Part shown: piece by piece, positions 61,315 through 64,000 of the stretch
Layout: every line of letters begins with the position of its first letter
Numbering within the stretch: the first letter of the stretch is position 1
Assembly: GCA_963976765.1 (NCBI GenBank)
Contig: CAXBME010000015.1
Coordinates: 1-64,000 of the forward strand
Direction: 5' to 3'
From: an uncultured Planctomycetaceae bacterium
Lineage (GTDB): Bacteria; Planctomycetota; Planctomycetia; Planctomycetales; Planctomycetaceae
Length of the DNA: 64,000 nt
The notes under the pieces: model-generated
What the model was told of the DNA's origin: nothing
The model's database searches: none
Seen by the model: the letters and a program-made list of their open reading frames with translations, nothing else
Program-made: the position numbers and the translations under genes

Positions 61315-62247
61315 CTACTTTTTGGCAGCGGCCTCTTTCGCTGGAGCGTCCTTTTTCGCAGACGGCTTTCCGGTCGCTTCGACTGTCTCGGCACTCGCAT
61401 GCTGGACGGCGTTTTCCGGTTCAGAAAGCGGCTCCGGCGGACGAGCAAAAACAAATTCCTCGTCGAGTGAAATTGTTTGTCGACGGTCGTTTCTGCCCTT
61501 GTCACCAATCAACGGCAGCGAAATCTTGGCGCCGGCAAATCTTGTCTTTTCATAAATCGTGCCACTCTGAAACGGCCCGACTCCGAACAACCAGGTATCG
61601 CGAGCGTTGCTTCGAGCGGTCGCCACTCCCGACTGCCAGATCGGAGTGCCGGACGTGGCGTCGTAGGCGAAGACGGCGAGCTTTGTCGCGGCCATCTGGT
61701 AATTTTTTCGAGCAAACGAGATCTCCGGAATCGTCGGAACCGGGGGAGCTGTCGGCATGATCGCCGCGGCCTGCGAAACGATATTGCTGGACGGGATCCC
61801 GTAGGTCACTTCATTTTCATTCGCCCCGAGAACTCCCAGACGCGGCTCGACAACAACTTCCGCATCCTTTTTGCTTTCCACGAGAATGCCGCCAGCCGCG
61901 ACGAGCTGATTCCGCACCGAGCTGAGGACGTAATCCGCATTCACAAACGTGGTTGACTTTGGTGAATTCACAAACTGAGCGTCGAGAAAGCAAGCACGTC
62001 CGCCCAGCGGCGAAAAGTCGATGCTGCGAATCGCCCGGTCCACGCTGTCCGACAGGATGAGCTGCTCGGTCGCCGTGTTGCGAATCGTCTTTCCGCAGCC
62101 CGTCAGCAAAACCATTGCAGAAAACAGCACGGTCCGGACAAGCCGCCTGCGGGAATGTGCAATACGAAGCATTCCAGTCAGCAGCGAATCTCGCCGCGCA
62201 GGAAGATCGTCATTCGGAATCCGCGAGGACTGACCGTGCATGGGCAA
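61315..62247 (-). CDS. Hypothetical lipoprotein (DUF6655-like); start uncertain
   Basis: LLTGC lipobox, TATEQLILS.SVDRAI, low-complexity C-terminus. Confidence 0.65.
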   Translation of the reverse strand: MPMHGQSSRIPNDDLPARRDSLLTGMLRIAHSRRRLVRTVLFSAMVLLTGCGKTIRNTATEQLILSDSVDRAIRSIDFSPLGGRACFLDAQFVNSPKSTTFVNADYVLSSVRNQLVAAGGILVESKKDAEVVVEPRLGVLGANENEVTYGIPSSNIVSQAAAIMPTAPPVPTIPEISFARKNYQMAATKLAVFAYDATSGTPIWQSGVATARSNARDTWLFGVGPFQSGTIYEKTRFAGAKISLPLIGDKGRNDRRQTISLDEEFVFARPPEPLSEPENAVQHASAETVEATGKPSAKKDAPAKEAAAKK

Positions 62248-62533
62248 TGAAGTGGAATTCAGGCTGGTTCGGGCAGGAGGGAATAAAGCCCGGAGGGAGG
62301 GATATCGCCGCTGGACTCTTTCCAGACAGACTGTGACACCAACGACAGAATCTCGACGACGAGCGAAATGTAGCCGACAAACGGCTCACAAACCTAGAGC
62401 GTTCTGAACAGCCAGTTCTGTCGCTGACGTGCGAAGATATTTCGCGAGGAGCCTGGTTCCAGCCTGCGAGAAGAAATTGCCTCATTTCCGGTTCGCCTGA
62501 CTTCACACCGCGACGAAGGAGCAGAAAGCGGTT

Positions 62534-64000
62534 CTAACGAATCTGAGTCAGCTGGCTGGTCGCGGCGTCGAAGACAAACAGGCTGCGGTCAGGAAATGCC
62601 TCCGCCGCCAGCCTCGCAGTTTCTTCCTCGGTCGTGCGTGGGTCCGCCGGCAGTCGACCGACCAGCAGCGGACTGGTCAGCGACGGATGATTCGACACAT
62701 AGTCGATGTGGCGGTCAGCTGGGTCGTGACGAACCAGCACCAGCGCCGGCAGTTGCTGGATCTGTTGTCGCAGTTGCAGCTGAAACCGGAAGTAGCGAAT
62801 TCGCGAAAATGCCAGTTGATTGATCCCGACCGTCAGTCTGGAAACATTCTGAAACGGAGGGATCGCGACATTATTTGTCACGACACTGGCAACCAGCAGC
62901 AGCCCGACCCATGCCGTCATCCAGGGGCGATCGGTGTTTGAAAAGTACGTCACCAGAAGCTGCACGGCGGCGGCGACGATCAGGCACCACAGAACTCCCG
63001 ATTCAAAAACGTAGTGCCAGTGAAAGATGCCGTCGTACCAGTATGGAACGTGAGCCGCGTGCAGCGACAGAATCGCGGCCAGGATCAGCCACCAGCGTCC
63101 GTCCAGGTTTCGCCACGCTCCGACCAGAAACACCGTCCCGAGCAGAACGACAGCCACCAGCCCGAGCGTCCATTGCCAGCTTGCCATCAATCGATTCTTG
63201 ACATTCTGTACTGCAAGAGAAGCATCGAGGTTCTCGGCCCATCGGTCGTAGTTTTCGAGCGTTCGATCCGTGATCAGCGGTTGAGCCCGTTCGACATTGT
63301 TAAAGCCAAACATGTGCCGCGGCGTGAAGAGTTCGGTGTAGAGCTGGTAAGGAGTTCGGAACGCGCTGCCGGTAACGCTGGCGTTGCAGATGCCAGCGCC
63401 GACGAACCCGACCGCGAGCGGGATGGCGAAACCAGCCACGACTCCCGCTGCCGTGCGTCTGTCGTGCCGGGCATTTCGAACGAGCCACCAGGCAAGCCAG
63501 ACACCGAACGGAAGTCCGACTCCGGCAGCGGTCATCGGACGGCAAAGCATCGCGAACGACAGGCCGACTCCAGACACTGCTGCGGCAAGAGCAGCTCCTC
63601 TGATGGCTCCAGAAGAATCGGGATTGCAGGCTTCATCCAGCAACCGCTGCATTCTGAGAAACGAGTAGATGAACAAGCCCAGCCCCACGAGCGTTGGCTG
63701 ATGAGCAAGCAACAGATTCCCAAACAGAATCAGTCCCGGCGACAGAGCGGCCAGCAGCCCTGCAAGCAGTCCGACTCCGTTGCACAAAAGTTCTCGACCA
63801 ATCAGAAAGACGAACACACAGATGATTGTCGTCGCGAGCCAGTGCGCAAGGTACGGCTCGCCGAGTATCAGGAACGGAGCGATCCACAGGCCGGTGCCGG
63901 GGAAGTAGCGGCTTGCGAAATTGCCTTCGTTCAGAACGTGCATCTGGTCGAACATTCGAGCCGCCGTCGGGTGACTCGGAAACGACAGTCTTCCGGTCGC
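62534..64000 (-). CDS. Polytopic GT-C (ArnT/PMT-like) membrane protein; 5' end probably outside the window
   Basis: Many TM segments, SRYFPG, RPMTA; reading frame appears to continue to the window edge. Confidence 0.6.
   Translation of the reverse strand, partial: ATGRLSFPSHPTAARMFDQMHVLNEGNFASRYFPGTGLWIAPFLILGEPYLAHWLATTIICVFVFLIGRELLCNGVGLLAGLLAALSPGLILFGNLLLAHQPTLVGLGLFIYSFLRMQRLLDEACNPDSSGAIRGAALAAAVSGVGLSFAMLCRPMTAAGVGLPFGVWLAWWLVRNARHDRRTAAGVVAGFAIPLAVGFVGAGICNASVTGSAFRTPYQLYTELFTPRHMFGFNNVERAQPLITDRTLENYDRWAENLDASLAVQNVKNRLMASWQWTLGLVAVVLLGTVFLVGAWRNLDGRWWLILAAILSLHAAHVPYWYDGIFHWHYVFESGVLWCLIVAAAVQLLVTYFSNTDRPWMTAWVGLLLVASVVTNNVAIPPFQNVSRLTVGINQLAFSRIRYFRFQLQLRQQIQQLPALVLVRHDPADRHIDYVSNHPSLTSPLLVGRLPADPRTTEEETARLAAEAFPDRSLFVFDAATSQLTQIR

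Overview
A bacterial window, most likely from a planctomycete, inferred from DUF1592/DUF1552 genes, a PVC-type CxxCH protein and secreted sulfatases. About 1-49.5 kb looks accessory: it carries IS3, IS200, IS110, IS5 and IS21 elements or remnants, a broken tyrosine recombinase, two RND efflux modules, a LacI-controlled ribose/nucleoside-hydrolase/sulfatase locus and a TetR redox-stress module. The highlight is an apparently complete, heavily tailored lasso-peptide cluster at about 32.9-47.3 kb. It encodes an ABC exporter, B1 (RRE), B2 protease, an HPr-type kinase, two tandem 62-aa precursors, a cyclase, four sulfotransferases, a GT8 glycosyltransferase, an Asp/Asn beta-hydroxylase-like oxygenase, a cupin-like protein and a nucleotidyltransferase. 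The precursors share a near-identical leader; their predicted 22-aa cores are GTNPASNPYEPAVISSFYAPTS and GTNPIFNSENAGPSPSDYAPTS. One core has its only acidic residue at position 10. From about 50 kb the genes resemble ordinary planctomycete chromosome. All calls come from motif recognition by eye; no database searches were run. No rRNA, tRNA or CRISPR array was seen.
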